Assembly: GCA_016710965.1 (NCBI GenBank) | Contig: JADJTW010000011.1 | Span: 27,040-91,039, forward strand | Reading direction: 5' to 3' | Length of the DNA stretch: 64,000 bases | Origin: Flavobacteriales bacterium | Lineage (GTDB): Bacteria > Bacteroidota > Bacteroidia > Flavobacteriales_F > PHOS-HE28 | Part shown: in pieces, positions 20,922 to 31,175 of the stretch | Numbering within the stretch: position 1 is the stretch's first letter | Layout: every line of letters begins with the position of its first letter | Program-made: the position numbers and the translations under genes | The notes under the pieces: model-generated | Database searches by the model: none | Seen by the model: the letters and a program-made list of their open reading frames with translations, nothing else | What the model was told of the DNA's origin: nothing

Positions 20922-23333
20922 ATGATCCGTGCGTGTTGCTCCCTGATGCTCGTTGGCTCCTGCGTCGGCGCAATAGCGCAGCGCACGCCGGTGTTCCAAG
21001 TGCATCATTACATGCCTGAGCATGGCCTGAGCAACCGGCACATTACGGCACTGGTGCAGGACAACATCGGCTTTGTCTGGGCTGGCAGCGTAAGCGGCCT
21101 GGATCGTTTGGATGGTCACGGCGTGCGGAACTGGAGCGTGAGCGATGGCCTCAGCGGTGGGCGTGTGGACGTTCTGCGCCGCGATGGCGATGGCCTCCTC
21201 TGGGCGATCTCCACGGACATCGCCAACGATATCAAGACCATCGATGTGATGGATCCAAGGGCTGGCGTGCTCCAGCCCTTCGTGGAGCGGTTCGCTATGC
21301 TCCCATTCGACCCGAGCCAGTTGGTCCGCATCGGCCCGCAGCGTGCCGATGGCGCCATTGTGCTTGGCGCGTCCTCGCCTGCGCGATGCATCGTGTACCA
21401 CCGTGCGGGGACCTTCAAGGTCATGCCCCTCGACGGCCAGCGATTCGAACCATTGGGCGACGATGCGAATGACAAGATCATCGGGCATATCATCGCTCTT
21501 GATGGCTCACAACGGATCGTCCGGCTTGATGCTGCAGGGAAGGAGGAGGTGCTTCAGCGGATCGAACGCGGTACCAGCGTGGAATTGCTCGTCAGCGGCC
21601 GCACTGCAAAGGGAGCGCTCTATTGGCTCCGAAGCCCTGACGGCAGCAAGCGCTGCTACGATACCTATTCCGAACTGGTACTGGACCTGGGCGCACGCGG
21701 TGCGCATGCCTCGGTCGGCGACCCGGAGTACCGGCCCGTGAACGTTACCGCGCTAACGCGCCGATCGATGCGCATGGTGGATTCGCGCATCATGAACGAG
21801 AACGGCGAACTGCTCTTCGATCTGAAGGACGGTCATCCGGAAGTGGGCAACAGCATCAAGGATTGCATGGTTGACAACAGTGGCGACCCATGGGTGGCTA
21901 CCGAATTCGGCCTCTTCCACATTGAACCGCGCGGCGATGCCTTCGAGCGGTTGCTCTGGACACCCAACATACCTGAGGGCTATGGCGTGCTTTGCCGCGG
22001 AATGGCATGGCATGACGGCCGACTTTTCCTGAGCACCGAATGGGACGGAGCACGAGTGCTCTCGCGCATGGGCGACAGCGTAGTCGTGGAACGCAGATTG
22101 GACCCCAAGCACCTCTTCGCCACCTATGTGGATGCGGATGGCACCTGGTGGCGTGGTGGGCCACATGTCGTGTACTGCGAGATGCCCGATGGACGCACGC
22201 GCCGATACGATGTGCCCGACAAGGTCTGGAGCATTCTTGGCGCCGTGAACGGCGGTATGCTTCTGGGCGGGCTTGAAGGATTGCACTGGCTGGAGCCCGG
22301 CAGCGGTCGCGTTGAGCGATGGGCCGATCCGGGGCATCCGGAATTGGGAAGAGCGCATGTGCTGCAATTGGAGCAGCGTGAGAACGGGGACCTCATGGCC
22401 ACCACATCCAAGGGTCTGTACCGGTTGAGCGCCGATGGCCATGTGTTGGAACGCTGGTGGTCTCGCGCGGAGCATCCCATGAAACTGCCCTACGATGACC
22501 TGCATCATTGCTACATCGACGCTGAGGGGATCTTCTGGCTCAGCACGCGCGGTGCAGGGCTTGTGCGCTTCGACCCCTCGAACGGACAGGAACAGCAATA
22601 CACCACGCGCAACGGCTTCCCCAACAACATGGTGTATGCCGCCTATGAGGATACCGCACAGCAACTATGGCTGCCGACCGATGGCGGTATCGTACGCTTC
22701 GACAAGCGCACCCGGCAGAGCGCGGTCTTCACAAGCGCCGATGGCATCACGCACGATGAGTTCAACCGATTGGCGCATGCTCGAGGAGACGACGGTCGGC
22801 TGTATTTCGGCGGCATGAACGGCATCACGGCATTCGACCCCGCCGACTTCGACCGCGAGCGGGACGAGGTGCAACCACCGCTGGTGCTTACCAGCTTCCT
22901 ACGATACTCGGCAGAGGATGGCGGCATGGTGGATCGCTCTGCGGAGGTCGCGCGTGGCGGTGCAATCGTGCTCGATGAGCAGGATCGCTCCATGCAGATC
23001 TCGTTCGCACTGCTCTCGTTCGAGGGCGCGGGCCGTATCCTTTACGCCTGGCGCCTTGCTGGGGTGGAGGATGAATGGAACTATCAGAAGGACCCCTTCG
23101 TGCGTTTGGATCGCCTGCCTTACGGAGACCATGTACTGGAAGTGAAGGCTCGCGATGCCCAAGGGCGTTGGTGCGAGCACGAGCTCCATCTGCCGATCAC
23201 AGTGCGCATGCCCTGGGAGGCCAGCCGCTCACTGTGGGTAGGCGTTGGCGCGTTCGGCGCCCTCTTCCTGCTCACGCCATGGCTCTTGCGCCGTCGTAAG
23301 CGCCCACCGCAGGTGCGCGTGGCGGTGGCTTGA
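20922..23333 (+). CDS. Two-component-regulator propeller (Reg_prop) plus Y_Y_Y sensor protein with a C-terminal TM helix and no kinase or output domain
   Basis: GLSNRHITALVQDNIGFVWAGS-type repeats; C-terminal LWVGVGAFGALFLLTPWLLRRRKR followed directly by the stop codon. Confidence 0.7.
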   Translation: MIRACCSLMLVGSCVGAIAQRTPVFQVHHYMPEHGLSNRHITALVQDNIGFVWAGSVSGLDRLDGHGVRNWSVSDGLSGGRVDVLRRDGDGLLWAISTDIANDIKTIDVMDPRAGVLQPFVERFAMLPFDPSQLVRIGPQRADGAIVLGASSPARCIVYHRAGTFKVMPLDGQRFEPLGDDANDKIIGHIIALDGSQRIVRLDAAGKEEVLQRIERGTSVELLVSGRTAKGALYWLRSPDGSKRCYDTYSELVLDLGARGAHASVGDPEYRPVNVTALTRRSMRMVDSRIMNENGELLFDLKDGHPEVGNSIKDCMVDNSGDPWVATEFGLFHIEPRGDAFERLLWTPNIPEGYGVLCRGMAWHDGRLFLSTEWDGARVLSRMGDSVVVERRLDPKHLFATYVDADGTWWRGGPHVVYCEMPDGRTRRYDVPDKVWSILGAVNGGMLLGGLEGLHWLEPGSGRVERWADPGHPELGRAHVLQLEQRENGDLMATTSKGLYRLSADGHVLERWWSRAEHPMKLPYDDLHHCYIDAEGIFWLSTRGAGLVRFDPSNGQEQQYTTRNGFPNNMVYAAYEDTAQQLWLPTDGGIVRFDKRTRQSAVFTSADGITHDEFNRLAHARGDDGRLYFGGMNGITAFDPADFDRERDEVQPPLVLTSFLRYSAEDGGMVDRSAEVARGGAIVLDEQDRSMQISFALLSFEGAGRILYAWRLAGVEDEWNYQKDPFVRLDRLPYGDHVLEVKARDAQGRWCEHELHLPITVRMPWEASRSLWVGVGAFGALFLLTPWLLRRRKRPPQVRVAVA

Positions 23334-23354
23334 CCGCCCCGTTACATTCGCGCC

Positions 23355-23879
23355 ATGCGCACCATCCTTCTCCTCTCCGGCATGATCACCCTCCTTGCCT
23401 GCGGCGACGGTAAGCAGGAGGCGGCACAAGCCCTGGCCGCTGCCGACACCACCATATCCACCTCGCTCTCCGTGGACCTGAACCCGCAGGATATGCCGCT
23501 CTTCGTGGAGCTTGGCAGCGCCGCTCTGCTCGGGATTGAAGCCCCAACGGTGAAGTGGAATGAGGAAATGGGCCGCATGGAAGTGGATGGAGGCCAGCAC
23601 TTCGGCATCGTCATTACCGAAGAGCCCGGAGATCTGCCGCGCTTGAAGGCCGACCTGGAACGCGACATGCTGCAGAAGCATACCGTGATCGAGGAAGCGC
23701 CGGACAAACTGGTGTACCGCTCGCAATTCCCGGATGACGAGTTGGTGTTCATCCACTTCTACCGAGTGGTGCTGGCGGGCGACCGCAGCTTCACCGTGCA
23801 GGATAGCGAGAAGGGGCGCTTCAACGAGGAGGATGTAGCACGCATGGCTAAGGCTGTGCGCGCGCAACGCCCGGCCTGA
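23355..23879 (+). CDS. Lipoprotein, hypothetical
   Basis: LLACGDG lipobox; no recognised domain. Confidence 0.45.
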   Translation: MRTILLLSGMITLLACGDGKQEAAQALAAADTTISTSLSVDLNPQDMPLFVELGSAALLGIEAPTVKWNEEMGRMEVDGGQHFGIVITEEPGDLPRLKADLERDMLQKHTVIEEAPDKLVYRSQFPDDELVFIHFYRVVLAGDRSFTVQDSEKGRFNEEDVARMAKAVRAQRPA

Positions 23880-24478
23880 TGCGCCTTGTCCTCATGGTGC
23901 TGCTTGGCACCGCTCCCTTGCTCGCATCGGCCCAGACCGACCTGTGGGCCGACAGCTTACAGGCGTATTGGGACCGCATCAATACCGAATACCGAGACCC
24001 CGACCACACCCCACTGCTTCCGGAGGACCGTGCGCATTTCACCGAATTGGAGCGTTACCGGCCCGATGAGCGCTTCAGGGTCACGGCCACGTTCAAGAAG
24101 AGGTCCGGGAAACCATTCGGTATGCCTACGACCACTGAACGCAGGCCCCAGTACGAGGCGGTTGGCATACTGCACTTCGCCCTCTTGGGCCACAAGGAGC
24201 GGCTGACCGTGTATCGCAACATCGAACTGAGCAAACGCCCGGAATACGCCAACTACCTCTTCATCCCCTTTACCGACCCGACCAACGGAGAAGCAACCTA
24301 CGGCGGCGGCCGATACCTCGAATTGGCAGGACCTCTCGGGAAGCAGGTCGAGATCGACTTCAACAGGGCCTACAACCCATACTGCGCCTACGGAGGCAAG
24401 TTTTCCTGTCCCATTCCACCGCCGGGGAACCACCTTCAGGTGCCGGTGGAGGCAGGGGTTAAGGCCTTCGCCCACTAG
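23879..24478 (+). CDS. DUF1684 domain protein
   Basis: YGGGRYLEL...IDFNRAYNPYCAYG...SCPIPPPGNHL signature. Confidence 0.7.
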   Translation: MRLVLMVLLGTAPLLASAQTDLWADSLQAYWDRINTEYRDPDHTPLLPEDRAHFTELERYRPDERFRVTATFKKRSGKPFGMPTTTERRPQYEAVGILHFALLGHKERLTVYRNIELSKRPEYANYLFIPFTDPTNGEATYGGGRYLELAGPLGKQVEIDFNRAYNPYCAYGGKFSCPIPPPGNHLQVPVEAGVKAFAH

Positions 24479-24543
24479 CAGCGGCCTGCAACCCCTTGCG
24501 CGAGGGACCGTACACACGGCCCCGCTGGGGACCGGTGGCCCGC

Positions 24544-25371
24544 ATGAAAAGCTATCTTCGGCGGCCGAAGCGCCTCAAAGCCATGCGACTGCACCACCTC
24601 CTTCCCGCCCTCGCTCTTGCAGCGAATTCCTTCGCCGGCACCATCGTGCTCGAAGGCCATTACCAGGGCAAGAACCTCTTCATCCAGAACCCTTTCTCCG
24701 AAGCCGGTGTAGGCTTCTGCGTGTTCGAGGTCACGGTGAACGACCAGATCGCTACCGACGAGATCAATTCCAGCGCATTCGAATTGGACCTCGGCAACTT
24801 CGGCCTGAAGGTGGGCGATGCTGTTGTGGTGAAGGTGCGCCACAAGGACGGTTGCACCCCGGTGATCCTGAATCCCGAAGTGCTGAAGCCCAAGAGCACC
24901 TTCGACATCGTGAAGCAGGAGGTGAGCAGCGATGGCACCTACCGCTGGACCACGGCCAATGAGACCGGCGAACTGCCCTTCATCGTGGAGCAGAAGCGTT
25001 GGAACAAATGGGTGAAGGTCGGCGAAGTGATGGGTGTGGGCCGCCCCGGCGAGCACAAGTACGAGTTCAAGGTTACGCCGCACTACGGCGAGAACTACTT
25101 CCGCGTGAAGCAGACCGACCTCACGCGCAAAGCGCGTTTCAGCGAAGCGGTGACCTTCACCGACCCGAGCGTGCAACCCGTTACCTGGGGCCCGGTGAAA
25201 CCCAAGGAGGAGATCGTGTTCTCGGCCAATACGCTATACGAGATCTACGATCAGTACGGCAACATCGTCAAACGCGGCTACGCGAACAAGATCGACATCA
25301 CCACCTTGAAGAAGGACCTCTACTACCTGAACTACGACAACAAGATGGGGGAGACCTTCCTCAAGCGTTGA
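24544..25371 (+). CDS. Secreted hypothetical protein
   Basis: Signal peptide MRLHHLLPALALAANSFAG; no recognised domain. Confidence 0.45.
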   Translation: MKSYLRRPKRLKAMRLHHLLPALALAANSFAGTIVLEGHYQGKNLFIQNPFSEAGVGFCVFEVTVNDQIATDEINSSAFELDLGNFGLKVGDAVVVKVRHKDGCTPVILNPEVLKPKSTFDIVKQEVSSDGTYRWTTANETGELPFIVEQKRWNKWVKVGEVMGVGRPGEHKYEFKVTPHYGENYFRVKQTDLTRKARFSEAVTFTDPSVQPVTWGPVKPKEEIVFSANTLYEIYDQYGNIVKRGYANKIDITTLKKDLYYLNYDNKMGETFLKR

Positions 25372-25382
25372 TCGACGTAAAG

Positions 25383-25407
25383 CGAACGGCATGAAGCCCT
25401 CCCCTGC
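25383..25407 (+). terminator. Rho-independent terminator-like hairpin
   Basis: GAAGCCCTCC-cctgc-GGAGGGCTTC, a perfect 10-bp stem, followed by ttcgttc. Confidence 0.5.
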
Positions 25408-25445
25408 GGAGGGCTTCTTCGTTCAAGGCGGAGTATCCTTGTGGC

Positions 25446-25859
25446 ATGGAACATCTCCTCCGCATCGAGCATATCGGCATCGCGGTGAAGGACCTCGCGG
25501 TAGCAGAGGCCATCTACGCCAGGCTCCTGGGCACCACGAGCTACAAGCGCGAAGCCGTGGAGAGCGAAGGGGTGATCACCAGCTTCTTCCGGTGCGGGCC
25601 CAATAAGATCGAATTGCTGGAGAGCACGATGTCCGACGGGCCCATCGCCAAAGCGATCGAGAAGCGTGGCGAGGGGATCCATCATATCGCCTTCGAGGTG
25701 GCGGACATCCGAGCGGAGATGGCGCGTCTGAAGGCTGAAGGGTTCGTGTTGTTGAATGAAGAGCCCAAGCGCGGAGCCGACAACAAGCTGGTCTGCTTCG
25801 TGCATCCCAAGAGCGTCAATGGAGTGCTCGTGGAGCTTTGCCAGGAGGTGCCCGCGTGA
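25446..25859 (+). CDS. mce: Methylmalonyl-CoA epimerase (VOC / glyoxalase fold)
   Basis: 137 aa; IEHIGIAVKDL...GIHHIAFEVADI...LVELCQ pattern typical of the epimerase. Confidence 0.8.
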   Translation: MEHLLRIEHIGIAVKDLAVAEAIYARLLGTTSYKREAVESEGVITSFFRCGPNKIELLESTMSDGPIAKAIEKRGEGIHHIAFEVADIRAEMARLKAEGFVLLNEEPKRGADNKLVCFVHPKSVNGVLVELCQEVPA

Positions 25860-27521
25860 TCAGCGCGGCACGGACAATTCCGCATCAAGCCGCGTCACGG
25901 AGAAGCCATCGCCCTCGCTGGCTTTCACCACCAGCGTATCGCCCCGCTCCGGGGCGACCAAGTGATAGTTGTAGTGCCAGTCCATGATGGCGGGAGCGTC
26001 CGGCACGCCGTTCATGCGCCATCGATGCACCAGGCGCTCGGTGGTTCCGTGGATCAGGTACAGCGCTACCATGGCATCCTTCGAGGATCCTGGCGTTCGT
26101 TCCGAGCGCTCGAGACCGATGGTGGCCAGCATGATCCTGTCGATCGCATCGTCGGGCACCGGGATCGAGCACTTCGGACCAGATGCCCGTGTAGTGCCTA
26201 CGACCTCCCATCCTTGCGGAGCATAGCGCGGCAGTTCATCCCAGCCGCCCACCTTCAGTGCATGCCTGGGGTCGGTGCAGAACAGGATGTGCTTGTACTT
26301 GGGCCAGTCGACTTGACCGGGCACGAGGATGAAGTTGTGGTACTGCCAGCTCTGGAACACATTCAATGCACAGAGCGCCAGGACCGGGAGAACCGCAGCA
26401 CGCAAGAACCAGCGCCGCCATGAAAGGGCAGCCGCGATCGGCACGGCCAGCACCGGCAGTATATCGAGGTAGGTTCGCTGACCGAAGTTGTCTCCATAGG
26501 CCCAATTCCACCAGGAGGAGGTCACGTACACGAAGGCAATGATGAACGCCGCAGTGGCAACTGCTGCTGAGCGGTGACGCCACCAGAGCACGAGCATGCC
26601 GGGCCATGCAAGCAGCAGCAGAGGCCAGTAGAAGAACAGCCCATTGCGCGGACTGAAGAAGCTCTTGAGCACTTCAGGCCTCGACCAGTGGAAGCCTTCA
26701 CCTGGGTAAGGCTCCACCACGAACTGACCGCATTGGTACCACCACAAGAAGTTCTGCACACTAATGGTGGCTACAAAGGCGACTGCTCCCGCAAACAACG
26801 CCCGCGACCGCAATACAGAACGCAAAGCGATTCGGTCGACGGTCAAGTTCATCGCTGCAACAGGAAGAGCCAGGACCACCAAAGCGTTCACGGGCCGGAT
26901 CAACGCTGCGAGCCCGAGGAGCGCCGCACACACCATGAGGCGGCCCTGCGATGGTGCAATGATCAAGCGCTGTGCGTTGCGGAACAAAACGGCCACCGCC
27001 GCGAAGCCGTACACATGCGACATGGCCGGGTGCGTTACGACTTGTGCGAGGAGGCCGGTGCCAAGCACGCAGATCGCCAGCACCAGGGCAACCGTGCCAT
27101 CCTTGAATCCAGCGATGAGCAGCACGCGCCGCAGCGCGAACAGCCCGATGGCCAGCCACGAGAGGGCCGCCAGGCCCACGGCCGCCTGATAGTGCAACGA
27201 GTAGCCATCCTCGGGCTTGCCGGGGTTGAAGAACGAATATGCATGCGCTGCCAGTACGAAGGGGGCCATCATCACCGCTGCTCCGCTGAAATGCCGGATC
27301 ACCGGCTTTGGATGGGCATCGTCCGCAACGGTGAGGTGCTCATGCCCGGCGGGGAACAGGAAGAGCCGCACGTACTCAAAGTAGCCTTTGCCATCGCAGT
27401 TGATCGCCTCGTGCCAGTCGTTGCCGGGCACACCGATGTAGCGGTACTTCACTGATGCGCTCGCCGCAAGAAGCACCAGCACGATGATGGTGAACCTCGA
27501 CCAGCGGGCATTGGAGGCCAT
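25860..27521 (-). CDS. Polytopic membrane protein, putative GT-C-type glycosyltransferase (paralog 1)
   Basis: At least 10 predicted TM helices, a conserved D-x-K-G-Y in the first periplasmic loop, and a C-terminal soluble domain. Paralogous to 28319..30112. Confidence 0.45.
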   Translation of the reverse strand: MASNARWSRFTIIVLVLLAASASVKYRYIGVPGNDWHEAINCDGKGYFEYVRLFLFPAGHEHLTVADDAHPKPVIRHFSGAAVMMAPFVLAAHAYSFFNPGKPEDGYSLHYQAAVGLAALSWLAIGLFALRRVLLIAGFKDGTVALVLAICVLGTGLLAQVVTHPAMSHVYGFAAVAVLFRNAQRLIIAPSQGRLMVCAALLGLAALIRPVNALVVLALPVAAMNLTVDRIALRSVLRSRALFAGAVAFVATISVQNFLWWYQCGQFVVEPYPGEGFHWSRPEVLKSFFSPRNGLFFYWPLLLLAWPGMLVLWWRHRSAAVATAAFIIAFVYVTSSWWNWAYGDNFGQRTYLDILPVLAVPIAAALSWRRWFLRAAVLPVLALCALNVFQSWQYHNFILVPGQVDWPKYKHILFCTDPRHALKVGGWDELPRYAPQGWEVVGTTRASGPKCSIPVPDDAIDRIMLATIGLERSERTPGSSKDAMVALYLIHGTTERLVHRWRMNGVPDAPAIMDWHYNYHLVAPERGDTLVVKASEGDGFSVTRLDAELSVPR

Positions 27522-27536
27522 GCGCTCAAGTTAGGC

Positions 27537-28193
27537 TCAGAGCAGGTCCAGTCTTCTGCATAGGGCAACGATATCCTCATGCGCTAGTTCGAGATGCTCT
27601 GCGTGCAAACCGGCCGATCGCGCACCGATCACATGCTGCATGCTGTCATCGATGAACAGGGTGCGTGCCGGATCGGCGGCGTGCTGCATCAGCACATGAT
27701 GGAAAGCCTCGGGATCGGGCTTGCGCAGGCCGATCTCGCAGCTATAGTATGCACCGTGGAACAAGCCCTTGAAGTGTGCGATGCCATTGGTGCGCGCCAC
27801 TATCGCCTCGAATGCAGGGACGTGTATGGCGTTGGTGTTGCTGAAGAGCAGCACGCGGAAGCGTTGCTTCAACCGACGCACGAGATCGATGCGCTCCTGC
27901 GGTATGGTGCCGAGCATGGCGTTCCAGCAATGGTCCAACTGCGCATCGGTGATCGGGGCGCACAGGAGTTCGCGTATGCGGTGGCGGAACTGCGCAGGCG
28001 ACAATGCACCGGTCTCGAAGGCGTCGAACACATGGTCCTGCTTCGCCTTGCTGTAGAGCGCATCGAAATCGGAGAATCCCAGGTAGCTGAAGGCTCGTGC
28101 AGAAGCGTGGTAGTCCACGTCGATGAGCACTCCGCCGAGGTCGAGCAGGAGGGTATCGATGCGCGGATCCACGGGCGGCGAATGTACCTGCGT
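27537..28193 (-). CDS. HAD-superfamily hydrolase (subfamily IA-like); probable GTG start
   Basis: LLLDLGGVLIDVD (motif I), LFSNTN (motif II), FIDDS (motif IV). The ORF-track N-terminal extension overlaps the tRNA on the opposite strand, so an internal GTG (VDPRIDTLLLD) is the preferred start. Confidence 0.65.
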   Translation of the reverse strand, partial: TQVHSPPVDPRIDTLLLDLGGVLIDVDYHASARAFSYLGFSDFDALYSKAKQDHVFDAFETGALSPAQFRHRIRELLCAPITDAQLDHCWNAMLGTIPQERIDLVRRLKQRFRVLLFSNTNAIHVPAFEAIVARTNGIAHFKGLFHGAYYSCEIGLRKPDPEAFHHVLMQHAADPARTLFIDDSMQHVIGARSAGLHAEHLELAHEDIVALCRRLDLL

Positions 28194-28243
28194 CGGTTGG
28201 TCGTGGCCTCTACATTTGCGGCCTTCGCAACGCGATGCTGCGA

Positions 28244-28316
28244 GGGCCTGTAGCTCAGCGGTCAGAGCAGGGGACTCATAATCCCTTGGTCGCAGGTTCA
28301 AATCCTGCCAGGCCCA
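28244..28316 (+). tRNA. tRNA with anticodon CAT; cloverleaf most similar to tRNA-Ile2 (lysidine, ileX-type); not an initiator
   Basis: GGGCCTG-TA-GCTC-AGCGGTCA-GAGC-A-GGGGA-CTCATAA-TCCCT-TGGTC-GCAGG-TTCAAAT-CCTGC-CAGGCCC-A. The G1:C72 pair and A31:U39 exclude an initiator. The anticodon and T arms closely resemble E. coli ileX. No encoded CCA. Confidence 0.85.
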
Positions 28317-28318
28317 CT

Positions 28319-30112
28319 TCAGTAAGGTCTCACTGCGTTCACGCGCATGAAGACATCGTCGATGAGCACTTCTGCGCTGTGCTCGCTGTTCCAGAAGTAG
28401 AAGCTCAGTCGATCGCCCACTTCCAACGGCGGCACCGGTATGCGGTATTCCACTTGCTCCCAGCGGCCGACGACCGGAGGCATGGGGTTGATGCGAAAGG
28501 GCTCATAGTACGCATGGGACCCATCACGACGGACCACATCGGTTACGGCCAGCAATGAGCTCGAACGTCCCGCACTTCGCTCCAGCCGCTGGAAGCCGAC
28601 CTCGAGATACAGCGCTCGGCCGATGGGTAGCGCGCCAGCTTCGGTGTTGAAACCGAGCCCGAACTCCACACTGTCCACGAAAACGGCGGCATGCGCGCCG
28701 CTGAACGCTTCGGGCACGCGATGGATCGCTCCGCCGCTCCAGTGCGTGCAGGTGTGCTCGAAGTCGCAGCTCTCCTCCAGCACGGATTCCATGCCGTTGG
28801 GATTGTACGGCGGAGCCTGATAGTTGCCGGCCAAGGCGCCCCGATAGCGTTCGTCCAAACGCAGGAAGGTGTACATGTACTTCGCCCGGTCCATGCTCTC
28901 GTGATGGAGGATGAAGGCGTGGTATTGCCACATCTGGAAGAGCAGCAGCGCGCAGCAAAGCAGGATGAACGCCCGGGCAGCCTTCCATAGAGAAGGACGC
29001 GCACTCTCCAGAAGCAATGCGATGGGGACTGCCAGCACCGGGTAGTGGTCTACGAACACGCGCGCGCCGAATCCGCTGCCGTAGTACCAGATCCACCACG
29101 CGCTTATGATGTAGACATTGGCTGCCCACCACAGTAGCATCCACCAGGCGCGGGAGCGCTCCTTCAGGATGAATTGCCATGTTCCCAACAATGCGAACAA
29201 CAAGACCGGTGTCCAGAGGAATAGCCCGCGCCGGAACCCGAAGAGCACCTTGAACACCTCGGGCCGGGTCCAATGGAAGCCCTCGCCCTCGTAGCCATAG
29301 GCCAGCCAATGGCCTACTTGCGCATGCCAGAGCAAGGGCTGGATGAACGCTATGCCGATGCCCAGGAGCAGGGCGGCGAACAGTGTTGCGTGGTGCTGCA
29401 TCACGCGCATGAGCATGGGTACGAATGACGGACCCGCCACTACGGGTGCTGCAAGTACCACCAGCCCGTTCACTGGTCGCACGAGCACGATGAGCGCAAG
29501 ACATGCCGCAGCCGAGAGGACCCATCGAGGGCCCATCGCCGTTGAGAGCTTCTGCACGGTCAGAAGGAAGAGCGCCATCAAGCAGAAGGAATGAACATGC
29601 GACCAGCCCGGCTGCAAGGCCGCATATTGCATGAGCTGCGTGCCGAAGCCGATGGCCACCAGGCTCCACGCCACCACCGCCTCGCGGAGACCGAGGCCGA
29701 GCAATAGCCTTCGCAATGCGAGCAGCCCGATCAGGAGGTAGGCCCAGGCCCCCACGCTGATCGCGCGCATCTCATGAACGCTGAGCCCGTTGCGTGGAGC
29801 AGTAGGGTCAGCGAGCGCAAAAGCGTGACCGATGCCGAACCACGGGGCCATCATCAGTGCCGTGCCGCAGAAGTACTTGTTCAGCGTGCCTGTGGGCGTT
29901 CGGCGCACGTACTCCCATTGATAGGGCTCGCTGCCCAGGTCATGTCTGATGAAAGTCGCCTGGAGGTACCCATAGTACCCCTTCACATCGCTGCGCACGA
30001 TGCTGTCCGCCATTTCTGCATGCGAGTCCTTCCACAAGCCCGTGACCGAGATGGCCACGGTGACAGCGGTCACCAATAGCACGATGAGAAGGGAAGGCGA
30101 AGGGAAACGCAC
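28319..30112 (-). CDS. Polytopic membrane protein, putative GT-C-type glycosyltransferase (paralog 2)
   Basis: 597 aa; same architecture and motifs as 25860..27521 (SDVKGYYGY loop; GEGFHW(T/S)RPEV). Confidence 0.45.
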   Translation of the reverse strand: MRFPSPSLLIVLLVTAVTVAISVTGLWKDSHAEMADSIVRSDVKGYYGYLQATFIRHDLGSEPYQWEYVRRTPTGTLNKYFCGTALMMAPWFGIGHAFALADPTAPRNGLSVHEMRAISVGAWAYLLIGLLALRRLLLGLGLREAVVAWSLVAIGFGTQLMQYAALQPGWSHVHSFCLMALFLLTVQKLSTAMGPRWVLSAAACLALIVLVRPVNGLVVLAAPVVAGPSFVPMLMRVMQHHATLFAALLLGIGIAFIQPLLWHAQVGHWLAYGYEGEGFHWTRPEVFKVLFGFRRGLFLWTPVLLFALLGTWQFILKERSRAWWMLLWWAANVYIISAWWIWYYGSGFGARVFVDHYPVLAVPIALLLESARPSLWKAARAFILLCCALLLFQMWQYHAFILHHESMDRAKYMYTFLRLDERYRGALAGNYQAPPYNPNGMESVLEESCDFEHTCTHWSGGAIHRVPEAFSGAHAAVFVDSVEFGLGFNTEAGALPIGRALYLEVGFQRLERSAGRSSSLLAVTDVVRRDGSHAYYEPFRINPMPPVVGRWEQVEYRIPVPPLEVGDRLSFYFWNSEHSAEVLIDDVFMRVNAVRPY

Positions 30113-30158
30113 GGTGGGGCGGTGAAGATCGACAACAGGCTACTTTCGTCGCCATCGC

Positions 30159-31175
30159 ATGAAGAAGGTCATCGTCACAGGCGGAGCAGGGTTCATCGGT
30201 TCGCATACCGTGGTGGAACTGAACGCTGCTGGCTATGTGCCCGTGATCATCGACGACCTGCGCAACAGTGAGGAGCGGGTGCTCGAAGGGCTCGAGGCGA
30301 TCCTTGGTTCGCGGCCGCGATTCCACAGGGTCGACTGCACGGATGCCGCTGCGTTGGGCAAGGCCATCGCCGGTGAGGGTGCTGTGCATGGTGTCATCCA
30401 TTTCGCGGCGGACAAGGCCGTGGGGGAAAGCGTCGAGCACCCGGCGAAGTATTACCGGAATAACATCGGATCGCTCGCCGTGATGCTGGAGGCCATGATC
30501 GATCGCCGCATCGGCCAGCTCGTGTTCTCTTCCAGTTGCACTGTTTACGGCCAACCAGCGGCATTGCCGGTGGCGGAGACCGCCTCCGATCGCGATGCTT
30601 CCTCGCCCTATGGATATACGAAGGTGGTGTGCGAGCAATTGGTGCGTGACCAATGCCAGGCAGCCCCGTCGCTGAAAGCGGTGATGCTGCGTTATTTCAA
30701 CCCGATCGGCGCCCACCCCAGCGGTCGCATTGGCGAATTGCCGCGTGGCGTGCCCAGCAATCTGGTACCCTTCGTTGCGCAGACGGCAGCCGGACTTCGT
30801 GCGCAGCTGCTGATCAATGGGGATGACTACGCCACCCCCGACGGCACATGCATCCGCGACTACATCCATGTGATGGACCTGGCGCGAGCGCACGTGCGCG
30901 CATTGCAGTGGATGGATGGACGTGCTGGCTCAACATGCGAAGTCTTCAACCTGGGCACAGGCCGCGGCAATTCGGTGATGGAGGTGGTCAAGGGCTTCGA
31001 GGACGTCAATGGTGTGAAAGTGCCCTATGCGATCGGCCCGCGCCGTGCAGGTGATGTGGAGGTGGTATATGCCGATACACGCAAGAGCCACGATGTGCTG
31101 GGCTGGTCATGCCACCACGACCTGCGCGATGCCTTGCGTGACGCGTGGAACTGGCAGCGCTCGCTGAAGCCATGA
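30159..31175 (+). CDS. galE: UDP-glucose 4-epimerase
   Basis: GGAGFIGSH Rossmann motif, YGYTK (YxxxK) motif, full-length GalE similarity. Confidence 0.9.
   Translation: MKKVIVTGGAGFIGSHTVVELNAAGYVPVIIDDLRNSEERVLEGLEAILGSRPRFHRVDCTDAAALGKAIAGEGAVHGVIHFAADKAVGESVEHPAKYYRNNIGSLAVMLEAMIDRRIGQLVFSSSCTVYGQPAALPVAETASDRDASSPYGYTKVVCEQLVRDQCQAAPSLKAVMLRYFNPIGAHPSGRIGELPRGVPSNLVPFVAQTAAGLRAQLLINGDDYATPDGTCIRDYIHVMDLARAHVRALQWMDGRAGSTCEVFNLGTGRGNSVMEVVKGFEDVNGVKVPYAIGPRRAGDVEVVYADTRKSHDVLGWSCHHDLRDALRDAWNWQRSLKP

Noticed and set aside
28244-28316. Initiator tRNA-fMet assignment for the CAT tRNA
   Set aside because: The G1:C72 pair and A31:U39 break the initiator signatures. The overall sequence resembles ileX-type tRNA-Ile2.
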